A stretch of DNA of 24,000 nt from Candidatus Falkowbacteria bacterium CG10_big_fil_rev_8_21_14_0_10_44_15 (GTDB taxonomy: Bacteria > Patescibacteriota > Patescibacteriia > Patescibacteriales > XYC2-FULL-47-12). The notes beneath the pieces were generated by a model that searched no databases, was not told the DNA's origin, and saw nothing but the letters and a program-made list of their open reading frames with translations. Location: the NCBI GenBank assembly GCA_002773575.1, contig PFAT01000003.1, positions 29,385 to 53,384 of the forward strand, in the 5' to 3' direction. Each line of letters starts with the position of its first letter. The stretch's first letter is position 1. The position numbers and the translations under genes were made by a program. Shown piece after piece: positions 1-7,765 of the stretch.

Positions 1-564
1 GTCAATCACCGCTGGGTAGCGGTACGTCGCGTGTACGGGGATACCGCGGGCGGTGATTTTTTGTTCACCCTCGCCGATAACAATCCCGGCTATAACCGCA
101 CGTACGGCAATGCTGTGTGCGGCGCACAGCTCAATGAGCCTCATTATGCCGTTACCAGAAAAGATAACATCGTCCACCAGCGTAATCTCACGAATCCCCT
201 GTGTGGTGAGCGCTTGTACCTGCGCGGTGAGTGGCGCGCTGTCGTACCGCTCGATTTCGCCGCAGTCGTGTAGTGTTGTATCAACGCTACGCGTCATGTC
301 AATATGACGTTCACATTGCATATACAACCGGTCAAGAGACACAGGTGCTAAATCTGATTGCTCTACCATCTCCCGTATGCCGTCACGTATATGTGCTGCC
401 GTGATCACCTCAACTGCATTAATCCCAAATATTTTTTGCAGTTGCCATTTTAGACCACTTCTTAAATCAGCGATAGTGTCTTCAGATGGCAGAGAAAAAC
501 CGTTGACCGTAACTAATTGCTTCAGTACAAGCTCCAAATCTTCTGATACTACATACTTTAACAT
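1..564 (-). CDS. phosphoribosyltransferase-like protein, partial (C-terminus lies beyond window start)
   Basis: The minus-strand frame is open for all 188 codons from the window edge to the ATG at 562-564 (complement). It is absent from the supplied track because no stop lies in the window. GGAGG (complement of 573-577) sits 8 nt upstream. My translation is MLKYVVSEDLELVLKQ...QGIREITLVDDVIFSGNGIMRLIELCAAH...; LVDDVIFSGNG matches the PRPP-binding loop of type I PRTases. Confidence 0.6.
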   Translation of the reverse strand, partial: MLKYVVSEDLELVLKQLVTVNGFSLPSEDTIADLRSGLKWQLQKIFGINAVEVITAAHIRDGIREMVEQSDLAPVSLDRLYMQCERHIDMTRSVDTTLHDCGEIERYDSAPLTAQVQALTTQGIREITLVDDVIFSGNGIMRLIELCAAHSIAVRAVIAGIVIGEGEQKITARGIPVHATYRYPAVID

Positions 565-611
565 GTCGTATTCCTCCCTGTATTTTTTTGTATTCAAAAT
601 GGTGAAAAGAC

Positions 612-648
612 CAAACAAAAAATCCCTTGCTTAGAAACGGAAGGGATT
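612..648 (-). terminator. rho-independent terminator after the TrpR-like gene
   Basis: On the minus strand an 8-bp stem aatccctt/aagggatt (621-648) with a 12-nt loop is followed by TTTTGTTTGG. Confidence 0.55.
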
Positions 649-676
649 GCACTAGCGTCAAATAGTATTTTTTACG

Positions 677-988
677 CTACGGCAATGCCCCGTTTTGGTG
701 GGTGTGGTGATGTGTTTTGTTCAGCGCCACACGGTAACCGCCAGTGCCATTCTTAAGCCACTTAGAAATGCGTGCCACGGTCGTAGAACTCAAACCGGTT
801 TTTTTAACAATAGATGTATAGGGTATGTTTGCATTCAGTAATTGCGCCGTCTGCCAACGTTTTCCGAATTCAACAATCTCATTTTCAGTCAATAAATCTC
901 GTAAAAAACGTTTCATGTCCGTCGTATTTTTGAGACTCAACAGAGCGACAATAAGATCATTTGTATTTTTGTTATCCCACTTTTCCAT
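677..988 (-). CDS. TrpR-like DNA-binding protein (YerC/YecD family)
   Basis: 103-aa ORF. The segment LLTENEIVEFGKRWQTAQLL...YTSIVKKTGLSSTTVARISKWLKNG is typical of the Trp-repressor-related YerC/YecD HTH family. Confidence 0.8.
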   Translation of the reverse strand: MEKWDNKNTNDLIVALLSLKNTTDMKRFLRDLLTENEIVEFGKRWQTAQLLNANIPYTSIVKKTGLSSTTVARISKWLKNGTGGYRVALNKTHHHTHQNGALP

Positions 989-1085
989 GTGTTTGACTTT
1001 ATTTTAATAAAGTAGTAATATTATATTATATTTTTTTGCAAGATATGTCAATACCTTATTTTTATACTAATACTAAATAAAATAT
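989..1085. promoter_or_regulatory. AT-rich divergent control region between the TrpR-like gene and the LOG-like operon
   Basis: 97-bp spacer between divergent starts. It contains the palindrome ctttatt-tt-aataaag at 997-1012 and TTGCAA at about 1036. No promoter hexamers could be fixed confidently. Confidence 0.3.
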
Positions 1086-1667
1086 ATGAAGAAAAAAATA
1101 AAACAAAGTATCTTTGGTAACGTGAAGAGACGATATCAAATAGGCGTTATGGGCTCCATGGCTGACTTACGGTATAGTAAGAGAATAGAAAGTATGGCCG
1201 AAGCAGTCGGCCGTGCTGTTGCGCAAAACAATTGTATTATGATATATGGAGCTGAAAAAGACAGTGATTCGCTTTCAACTGCGGCTCTCCGCGGGGCCAA
1301 ACAGGCAGGCGGACTAACTGTCGGCGTTACCTATGGCAAGGGGAAGACCATTTGGGACAAAAGAGGAGATACTGATGTTATCATCTGTAGCGGCCTTGAG
1401 CGCGGCGGCGGACGGGAGTTTGTGTTGGTGAATAGCTGTGACGGCATCATCGCTATTTCCGGCGGTTCCGGGACAATGAATGAAATGCTGGTCGCGTATC
1501 AATTGAATATACCCATTGTGGTATTGAAAGGCACTGGTGGCTGGGCCGATGCCATGGCCGATAAATACTTTGATAATCGCAAACGGATGAAAGCTATCCC
1601 GGCACGAACTGCAGCTGAAGCAGTAGAAAAAATAATAACTTTAGTAAAGGAATATGAACAGAAATAA
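1086..1667 (+). CDS. LOG/TIGR00725-like (SLOG Rossmann) protein, putative nucleotide-binding or nucleotide N-glycosidase
   Basis: 193-aa ORF. IGVMGS near the N-terminus and AISGGSGTMNEM match the GGxGTxxE signature of the LOG / lysine-decarboxylase-like family. Confidence 0.75.
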   Translation: MKKKIKQSIFGNVKRRYQIGVMGSMADLRYSKRIESMAEAVGRAVAQNNCIMIYGAEKDSDSLSTAALRGAKQAGGLTVGVTYGKGKTIWDKRGDTDVIICSGLERGGGREFVLVNSCDGIIAISGGSGTMNEMLVAYQLNIPIVVLKGTGGWADAMADKYFDNRKRMKAIPARTAAEAVEKIITLVKEYEQK

Positions 1668-2343
1668 AAAGAAAAAGTTGATTATTTTTGATATGGACGG
1701 CACGTTATATGCGTTTAAGGAGGGGTCTTTTGCGAAATCTGCATTGAAAAAACAAGTGCTTGAAAATGCTAAAAATTACATTGCCAATGTTTTAAAAAAA
1801 TCAACGACGGAAGCTGAAAATATTCTAATGGGTATAGAAAAAAAATATGGCGAAAGCATCAGCATAGCCATGGAAAAAGAGTTTGGCATTAACCGGTATG
1901 ACTACTTTAATATAGTGTGGAATATACCGGCGGAGCGATTTATTGATTATAATCCAGAATTAAAAACATTTTTATTGAACATAGCGCAAGAATATGATTA
2001 CGTGCTTGTTTCTGACGCGCCAAGTGTATGGGTTAACAATGTCTTACAGATGTTGGATATTCGTGATATGTTTCAAGGTAAAATATATGCGGGAGAGGGT
2101 GATAGGAGAAAAGGTCTTTATAATAAATTTCAATATAATATTGCGAGTAAGTTTGGTTGTAAATCTGCGGACTGCGTGGTGGTCGGCGACCAAGAAAATA
2201 CAGACATTATCCCTGCAAAACAAAACGGTATGCGGACAATCTTAGTCAGTGATAAAACAGAAAGTAGCGTGGCTGACTGTAAAATAAAAGATATTTTTAA
2301 TTTAAAGGAAACCCTTGAGTATATTTTTTTTAGACCAAACTAA
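1654..2343 (+). CDS. HAD-superfamily hydrolase (subfamily IA-like, nucleotidase/phosphatase type)
   Basis: 229-aa ORF. HAD motif I is IIFDMDGTLY and motif IV is VVVGDQENTDI. It overlaps the upstream gene by 14 nt, and AAAGGA precedes the ATG. Confidence 0.8.
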   Translation: MNRNKKKKLIIFDMDGTLYAFKEGSFAKSALKKQVLENAKNYIANVLKKSTTEAENILMGIEKKYGESISIAMEKEFGINRYDYFNIVWNIPAERFIDYNPELKTFLLNIAQEYDYVLVSDAPSVWVNNVLQMLDIRDMFQGKIYAGEGDRRKGLYNKFQYNIASKFGCKSADCVVVGDQENTDIIPAKQNGMRTILVSDKTESSVADCKIKDIFNLKETLEYIFFRPN

Positions 2344-2360
2344 CTGATAGAAAGGAGTAG

Positions 2361-3317
2361 ATGATGGTTAATTATGAAGCAATTTTAAGACGTTTTCTTG
2401 CAAACAGAGGTGATAGTTCTTTACCAATTGAATCTATGAACGGTTCGTCTGACAATAAGATTTTTCGTGTCGGTGGATATGTTTATCGGTTAGGGAGAGT
2501 GGCGGACATTCAGGCTGATGTGATGATTTATAGAAGGTTTTCTAAATGTGGTTGTGTATTTCCTCGTTTGGAGTTGATGGAAAGTGGGAAACATACCGGC
2601 GTTGCTATTGTGAAGATGCTTTATTTGGGGCAATCTTTTGAGACTCTATTGCTATCTGTGTCTGACAACAGTGTTGTAGGCAACCTAGTCAAGGTTAATA
2701 GAGTTGTTTTAAGAGCTTTGCGTAGTGTCCACAACAAGACCACAAATAGTAATACAAATGTAGTTATCCATGACAATCAGCTTTTTTTTCAAGAGTTGAT
2801 TACTGCCTTGATGATAAATTTGGGAAAGGCGGGTTTGACTGAAGAAGGATTTAATTTTTTGCGTAAGACTGAAAAAAGTCTAGCACATCTTATCGGACGT
2901 ACCATGCCTTCGCGAGCGCATAGGGATTTGTCAGTCGGCAATATTATTGTTAGCCAGAACATAGAGGAAGTTCACTTTATAGATCCGCGAGCGGCTGTGC
3001 CATATGCAGAAACATCCGAAGCCATAGGCAATGTTGTTATAGACATCAGCGGATACTTGGTTTCTGTGCAACGCAAGGATATGGAAATTCAGCGCAGTAG
3101 CCAGTCTATTTCTTTACAGAATATGATAGACGATGTTACCAGTGAGATAAAAGAGTACCAGCGCCAAGAAATTTTTTGTACGGAGTTGCTACATATTTGT
3201 ACAGTCTTGTGGTATTCGGTCTATGCCGCATGCAAGTGTCCATACTGTACTGCGCCTGAGCGTAGATGGCTCTATGATATCATGGTTGAACGTTTACGAT
3301 TATTTTTACAAACATAG
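2361..3317 (+). CDS. APH/choline-kinase-fold phosphotransferase (small-molecule kinase-like)
   Basis: 318-aa ORF. The catalytic loop HRDLSVGNIIV is followed by VHFIDPRA (HxDxxxxN ... D), which is typical of the aminoglycoside phosphotransferase / protein-kinase-like fold. AAAGGAG lies 4 nt upstream of the ATG. Confidence 0.7.
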   Translation: MMVNYEAILRRFLANRGDSSLPIESMNGSSDNKIFRVGGYVYRLGRVADIQADVMIYRRFSKCGCVFPRLELMESGKHTGVAIVKMLYLGQSFETLLLSVSDNSVVGNLVKVNRVVLRALRSVHNKTTNSNTNVVIHDNQLFFQELITALMINLGKAGLTEEGFNFLRKTEKSLAHLIGRTMPSRAHRDLSVGNIIVSQNIEEVHFIDPRAAVPYAETSEAIGNVVIDISGYLVSVQRKDMEIQRSSQSISLQNMIDDVTSEIKEYQRQEIFCTELLHICTVLWYSVYAACKCPYCTAPERRWLYDIMVERLRLFLQT

Positions 3318-3330
3318 GAGGTAGTTTATC

Positions 3331-3600
3331 ATGAACAAGAAGGTAATAATGGTAGATCAGGACGGCGTGATTATCAACACGCGGTACCAAATCACGGAAG
3401 ATGTCCCATCCATAGTGGCGTCACTGCGTAGGCATATGCAGTATTACAGCCACCCCTCAATATATTGTTGCAGAGTGTTTTATTTTTTCCAGGACTTGAA
3501 AATTTTTTACTCCCATTGTACGATAGGTGAAACATTATTATGCGTTTTTTTCAAATTACGGAATACCGAAAGGAGTACGTGCTATGAAAACCATGAATGA
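3331..3600 (+). pseudogene. probable remnant of a HAD phosphatase gene (only about the first 30 codons look genuine)
   Basis: AGGAGG RBS plus ATG. MNKKVIMVDQDGVIINTRYQITEDV carries the DxDGV(I/L) HAD motif I (GmhB/HisB-N-like). The rest (YCCRVFYFFQDLKIFYSHC...) is low-quality sequence that runs into the next gene. Confidence 0.35.
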
Positions 3601-4426
3601 TCCGACAATTATTACCAAACGAGGTGACCGATCTGGCACAACTTTGAGTGTCATGTGCGGCGTGCACGGTAATGAGATTTGCGGCCTATGGGCGGTACGA
3701 AAGGCACTTGCGGAAATTATCGTTGAGGCGGGTACCGTCCACTTTATCTTTGCGAACCTGGCGGCCATTGCGCTGGACGTGCGCCAGACGCAGATGAATA
3801 TGAACCGTGCGTTCAAGCCTGCAGATGAATTGACAGAATCGGAACGGAACAGTTACGAGCGCCATCGCGCCGAAGCGATTATGCCGTTTTTAGCAGAGAG
3901 TGAAGTATTGTTGGACATTCACTCCAGTAAATCAGCGGAGAGCATACCCTTTATCATCTGCGAGCCGAACTCGTTTACGGTTGCACAGCAGCTCGCGTTT
4001 CCCATTGTGTCGCACGGCTGGGATGCGCTGCACGCCGGTAGCACGGATTATTTCGTGAATCAGCGTGGCGGCCAGGGTATCTGTATTGAGTGCGGACACC
4101 ATTACGATTCGGCTGCACCCGAGCGTGCCTACAACACGCTGGTTCGTTTTCTTGGGATAATGGGAGCAATTACCATCACAACGTCTAATGTTGCAGCAAC
4201 CCGGACGAGGTTGGTACGGGCTCACACCATACATCGTGCCGCAGAGTCGTTTACGTGCGTCAAAACGTTCGCTGACTTTGATCCGCTCTGCGAAGGAGAT
4301 CTCATCGGCTATGATGGCGACAGTGAAGTCCATGCACCCGCAGATTGCATCATCATCTTCGCGCGCAATACGGACAAAGCTGACGGAGAGGCGTTTGTAC
4401 TAGGCAGTGAAGAGACTGTCGGATAA
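3584..4426 (+). CDS. AstE/AspA-family (succinylglutamate desuccinylase / aspartoacylase, M14-like) zinc deacylase
   Basis: Motifs seen: LSVMCGVHGNEICG (HxxE zinc site), NMNRAF and LLDIHSS. I prefer the ATG at 3584 (AAAGGAG 8 nt upstream) over the track start at 3527. This gene is visibly more GC-rich than its neighbours. Confidence 0.8.
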   Translation: MKTMNDPTIITKRGDRSGTTLSVMCGVHGNEICGLWAVRKALAEIIVEAGTVHFIFANLAAIALDVRQTQMNMNRAFKPADELTESERNSYERHRAEAIMPFLAESEVLLDIHSSKSAESIPFIICEPNSFTVAQQLAFPIVSHGWDALHAGSTDYFVNQRGGQGICIECGHHYDSAAPERAYNTLVRFLGIMGAITITTSNVAATRTRLVRAHTIHRAAESFTCVKTFADFDPLCEGDLIGYDGDSEVHAPADCIIIFARNTDKADGEAFVLGSEETVG

Positions 4427-4526
4427 TCTGAGGCGCTATGATGGTCAGGTTGAGTTGGAGAGTGGGGAAAATTGATCCATTCGTTTTATGAGATAAACAT
4501 ACCTTGCCTTTACTGATGTCATTTTT

Positions 4527-4556
4527 AACCTTATAGTTATAACTATGAGGTTTTTA
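4527..4556 (+). terminator. rho-independent terminator
   Basis: aaccttatagttataactatgaggtt forms a near-perfect 26-nt hairpin (inner 14-nt perfect palindrome atagttataactat), followed by TTTATTT. Confidence 0.6.
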
Positions 4557-4563
4557 TTTAAGT

Positions 4564-4601
4564 TTGCAATATCACAAGCATTATTATAGTATTGGTATAT
4601 A
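4564..4601 (+). promoter_or_regulatory. candidate sigma70-type promoter for the second AstE/AspA gene
   Basis: TTGCAA (4564-4569), 17 nt, TAGTAT (4587-4592). An alternative is the extended -10 TGgTATATA at 4593-4601. The ATG at 4615 has no SD. Confidence 0.3.
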
Positions 4602-4614
4602 AGTCAAATTAAGT

Positions 4615-5379
4615 ATGCATAAAAAAGTATTATTTATTGCAGGCACTCATGGCGATGAGACAATTGGTACGGCTTTACTGAAAAAAATTTCTAAGCAACG
4701 CGATATTGCGGCGCTTTATGATTCAGTGATAGGCAATCCGCGCGCCTGCGTTCAAAATAAACGTTTTATTGAAGCTGATTTAAACAGAGTGGCTCCGGGC
4801 GATGTAAACTCACCTATATATGAAGTTTCCCGCGCCTCTGAATTAGTTGAGATGTTTAAAAATTTTGAGTACATTATTGATTTTCATGAGACAAAAGCCA
4901 ATGACAGAATAGTAATTATTATACCGCGTTTTTGTCGCGAGTCTTTGGCGTTGGCTCTGGCCATTGACATTAGTACTATATTAATTTGGCCGCCGGCTTT
5001 GCCTGGCACAGCCGCCGGTCCGTTAACTCAATACGCGCCGTTCGGCATTGAAATAGAATGCGGTACCAAGAATTCATTTAATAAAACTTTAATAAAACTT
5101 GAAAAAATTGTTAAAAAATTTTTAGAAAATAAAATTGTACGGGTTAGGGATAATCTTGCGTTGCCGTTGGACGTTATAAAGAAAAAAAAATTTTATTTAG
5201 TATACGGAAAAATTAATCCCAACGAAGTAAATGGTGTTGTTCTCCAAGACTTTGGCCCAGTTGACACCGGGCAAGAAAAATTTACCGCGCTTTTATTCGG
5301 CAAACACCAAAATTTAAAAGGTTATAAGATGCGCCCTCTTGACAGTCGGGAAGTATTAGATATACTTACTGGTCAGTAA
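4615..5379 (+). CDS. AstE/AspA-family zinc deacylase, short form
   Basis: 254-aa ORF. Motifs seen: LFIAGTHGDETIG (HxxE), EADLNR and IIDFHET. It is a divergent paralogue of 3584-4426 and clearly more AT-rich. Confidence 0.75.
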   Translation: MHKKVLFIAGTHGDETIGTALLKKISKQRDIAALYDSVIGNPRACVQNKRFIEADLNRVAPGDVNSPIYEVSRASELVEMFKNFEYIIDFHETKANDRIVIIIPRFCRESLALALAIDISTILIWPPALPGTAAGPLTQYAPFGIEIECGTKNSFNKTLIKLEKIVKKFLENKIVRVRDNLALPLDVIKKKKFYLVYGKINPNEVNGVVLQDFGPVDTGQEKFTALLFGKHQNLKGYKMRPLDSREVLDILTGQ

Positions 5380-5412
5380 AGATCTTTAACATTATGAATA
5401 TGGAGGCAAAAC

Positions 5413-5961
5413 ATGATGTATATTCGCAAATACCAACCCGCGGATGTGCTGGATATCCAGCGCATTTACCAAGTTTGTTTTTCCGGTCCGCCCTGGAATC
5501 AAGAAGTGACCGCAGAAGAGGCGGAATTACGTTGGCAAGAGCACTCTTCTAAAGAGGGTTTTACTTGTTTTGTGGCTGTACATGACCATCAAATTGTAGG
5601 CGCGGCTTGGTTTAATGTAATTTCACGTAATGAGCTTACCAAAGAACGCGGTCACGCATTGGCGAACTTTGCGACTTCAATAAATTTAACACCTAAGTTT
5701 ATTTGGATTCGTGAAACAATAGTTGACCCGGCGTTTCAAGGTCAAGGCATCGCTTCACGGCTTAAAGAGAAAGTTGTTCAGGAAGTTAAGGAACATTTTG
5801 TTCCACCAATAATGCTCTTGACCCGTATGCGAGATGATAACACAAACATTGTCCACATTAATGAAAAACTTGGTTTCAAGCGCACGGGGATTAAAGTAAA
5901 ATCCAAAGCAACGCCAGATTTATTACATGAATACTGGCATCTTGTTTTGAATAAATGTTGA
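5413..5961 (+). CDS. GNAT-family N-acetyltransferase
   Basis: 182-aa ORF. VDPAFQGQGIASRL is the acetyl-CoA-binding motif A (Q/RxxGxG/A). GGAGG lies upstream. Confidence 0.85.
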   Translation: MMYIRKYQPADVLDIQRIYQVCFSGPPWNQEVTAEEAELRWQEHSSKEGFTCFVAVHDHQIVGAAWFNVISRNELTKERGHALANFATSINLTPKFIWIRETIVDPAFQGQGIASRLKEKVVQEVKEHFVPPIMLLTRMRDDNTNIVHINEKLGFKRTGIKVKSKATPDLLHEYWHLVLNKC

Positions 5962-6009
5962 GTGGCTATTTTAGAAAGCACAAATTAACAAAAATAAAGG
6001 AGAAATATC

Positions 6010-7410
6010 ATGTCAGCCAAAACAATCAAACCAGACTTACTTGGAGGATTCCGGGACATGTTGCCCGGAGAAGCGATTATGTTCCAAGATATGGTTGCAA
6101 CCATTCGCCGAGTATATGAATCATTTGGTTTTGTGCCATTAGAAACGCCCGGTATGGAGCGCTGGGACGTACTCACCGGCAATGCCAAGGTGGAGAAAAG
6201 CATCTTCACCGCTCGTATCGTGCGCGGCATTGAGGATGAAAAGGTCTCTGATGAAACGTGGGAACAAAGCTATACATTGCGTTTTGATCTGACGGTGCCG
6301 CTCGCGCGCGTTGTCGCCGCTTATCCGGACCTGCCCAAACCGTTCAAGCGATATCAACTCGGCAGAGTATGGCGCGGCGAAAAACCGCAGGCCGATCGTT
6401 TTCGCGAGTTTTACCAGTTTGATTTTGACACCATCGGCTCAAATTCCATTCTCGCGGATGTGGAGGTTATTCAGGTAATGTATGCGACGATGGTCGCGCT
6501 TGGCATTCAAAATTTTGTCATCCGTTTCAACACACGCAAGCTGCTTAATGGCCTCGCCGCGCTTGTCAACTGCCGTGAGCGGGCGAGCGAAATGCTGCGC
6601 GTTATTGATAAGCTGGACAAAATAGGCATTGAAGGCGTGCTGGCAGAACTACAGCGCCAGCCGGATAATGAGTATGATGAGTCAGCGCTCGCATTTTCCG
6701 CCGAACAGGCAACAGCGGTGCAAAGTTTTTTGGAAATACGCGGAGACAGCGCGCAAGATGTTATCGCACAACTCAAACAGCTTTTTGCAGGCAAATCAAG
6801 TACCGGAGAAGACGGCATAAGAGAAATTGAAACTATCGTGGCAACATTGCGAGAGCTAAATATTCCCGAGAAAAATTGGCGTTTTGATTTGTCTGTTGCT
6901 CGAGGGCTGGATTACTATACCGGCCCAGTGTTTGAGACAGTATTGACTGATTTGCCAAAACTCGGCAGTGTTTTTTCGGGCGGGCGTTTTGACGGCTTGA
7001 CCAATCGCTTTATGCCGGACAGCAATATTCCCGGTGTCGGCGCGTCTGTTGGTGTGGACAGGTTACTCGTGGGTATGCAGCAGCTTGAGCTGGCGAAAGT
7101 AAAAGAGACATTAACAGATGTGCTCGTTACTATTTTTGATCAGTTAGATACTGCCTTACAGAATGCTTCGTTGCAATGCTGTAACGAGATGCGCAAAGCA
7201 GGCATCAATGCCGAATTATACCTTGGCGAGGACCGGACACTGCGCGCGCAGCTGGCTTATGCACAGAAAAAAAACATCCCATTCGTGACTATTATTGGTC
7301 CGGATGAGTTGCGTCAAAACAAAGCGCAACTCAAAAATATGTCAAAACGAACACAGCAGGTATTGACAATTAGTGAATGTGTTGCTACAATACGTTCACT
7401 AACAAAATAA
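6010..7410 (+). CDS. hisS: histidine--tRNA ligase
   Basis: 466-aa ORF. Class II motifs seen: LRFDLTVPLARV, RYQLGRVWRGEKPQADRFREFYQFDFD and GGRFDGL, plus a C-terminal anticodon-binding-like domain. AAGGAGA RBS. Confidence 0.9.
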   Translation: MSAKTIKPDLLGGFRDMLPGEAIMFQDMVATIRRVYESFGFVPLETPGMERWDVLTGNAKVEKSIFTARIVRGIEDEKVSDETWEQSYTLRFDLTVPLARVVAAYPDLPKPFKRYQLGRVWRGEKPQADRFREFYQFDFDTIGSNSILADVEVIQVMYATMVALGIQNFVIRFNTRKLLNGLAALVNCRERASEMLRVIDKLDKIGIEGVLAELQRQPDNEYDESALAFSAEQATAVQSFLEIRGDSAQDVIAQLKQLFAGKSSTGEDGIREIETIVATLRELNIPEKNWRFDLSVARGLDYYTGPVFETVLTDLPKLGSVFSGGRFDGLTNRFMPDSNIPGVGASVGVDRLLVGMQQLELAKVKETLTDVLVTIFDQLDTALQNASLQCCNEMRKAGINAELYLGEDRTLRAQLAYAQKKNIPFVTIIGPDELRQNKAQLKNMSKRTQQVLTISECVATIRSLTK

Positions 7411-7423
7411 ATTGATCTTTAAT

Positions 7424-7496
7424 GGGTGCGTAGCTCAACTGGCAGAGCGCTAGATTGTGGCTCTAGAGGTTACGGGTTCAACCCCCGTCGTACCCA
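7424..7496 (+). tRNA. tRNA-His (anticodon GTG), no encoded G-1, A73, no encoded CCA
   Basis: Manual cloverleaf: acceptor GGGTGCG/CGTACCC, D arm GCTC-AACTGGCA-GAGC, anticodon arm CTAGA-TTGTGGC-TCTAG (GTG at 7457-7459), variable loop AGGTT, T arm ACGGG-TTCAACC-CCCGT, discriminator A7496. Confidence 0.9.
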
Positions 7497-7510
7497 AGTT
7501 TCTTTTTGAA

Positions 7511-7540
7511 GCGGGAAATTATATAATTTCCCGTTTTTTA
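7511..7540 (+). terminator. rho-independent terminator of the hisS-tRNA-His unit
   Basis: gcgggaaatt-atat-aatttcccgt forms a 10-bp stem followed by TTTTTT. Confidence 0.7.
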
Positions 7541-7593
7541 TATGCGCCAGAATTACCACCATAGTACCAGCCAGTAACCACATACGCCATCAA

Positions 7594-7694
7594 ATTGACC
7601 AGCCTGTTTTACACACATATACCAAGATATTATCTATCTTGGTAAAAACCGCCAAATGTGTGTGTAGATTACCTTCGCCATTTGACTGGTTGAT
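7594..7694 (+). other. about 100-nt three-tier imperfect hairpin (candidate structured RNA or regulatory element)
   Basis: Outer stem attgaccag (7594-7602) / ctggttgat (7686-7694) has two G-U pairs that work only on the plus strand. Middle stem tacacacat (7610-7618) / atgtgtgta (within 7656-7666). Inner perfect hairpin accaagata-ttatc-tatcttggt (7621-7643). Confidence 0.3.
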
Positions 7695-7765
7695 AGTTTT
7701 TTGTTATATTGTTCATTACTTAAGTTACTGCTTGTTTTTTACAATTTTAGAAAAGGAAACGGGAA

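Noticed and set aside
3527-3583. Upstream ATG giving a 299-aa version of the first AstE/AspA protein
   Set aside because: The extra 19 residues (MKHYYAFFSNYGIPKGVRA) cover the AAAGGAG site that is correctly spaced for the ATG at 3584 and have no homology signal. The region also overlaps the degenerate HAD remnant.
7423-7431. Alternative tRNA-His register that would make G7424 the G-1 residue
   Set aside because: Shifting by one base destroys acceptor-stem pairing with CGTACCC and misplaces the D arm. Only the register with G7424 as position 1 gives a complete cloverleaf.
7552-7620. DnaA-box-like 9-mers (gtaaccaca, ttttacaca) and phased repeats suggesting a replication origin
   Set aside because: They match only 7 of 9 positions of TTATCCACA. 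There is no adjacent dnaA or dnaN, no clear AT-rich unwinding element, and the repeats are few. This is insufficient for an oriC call.
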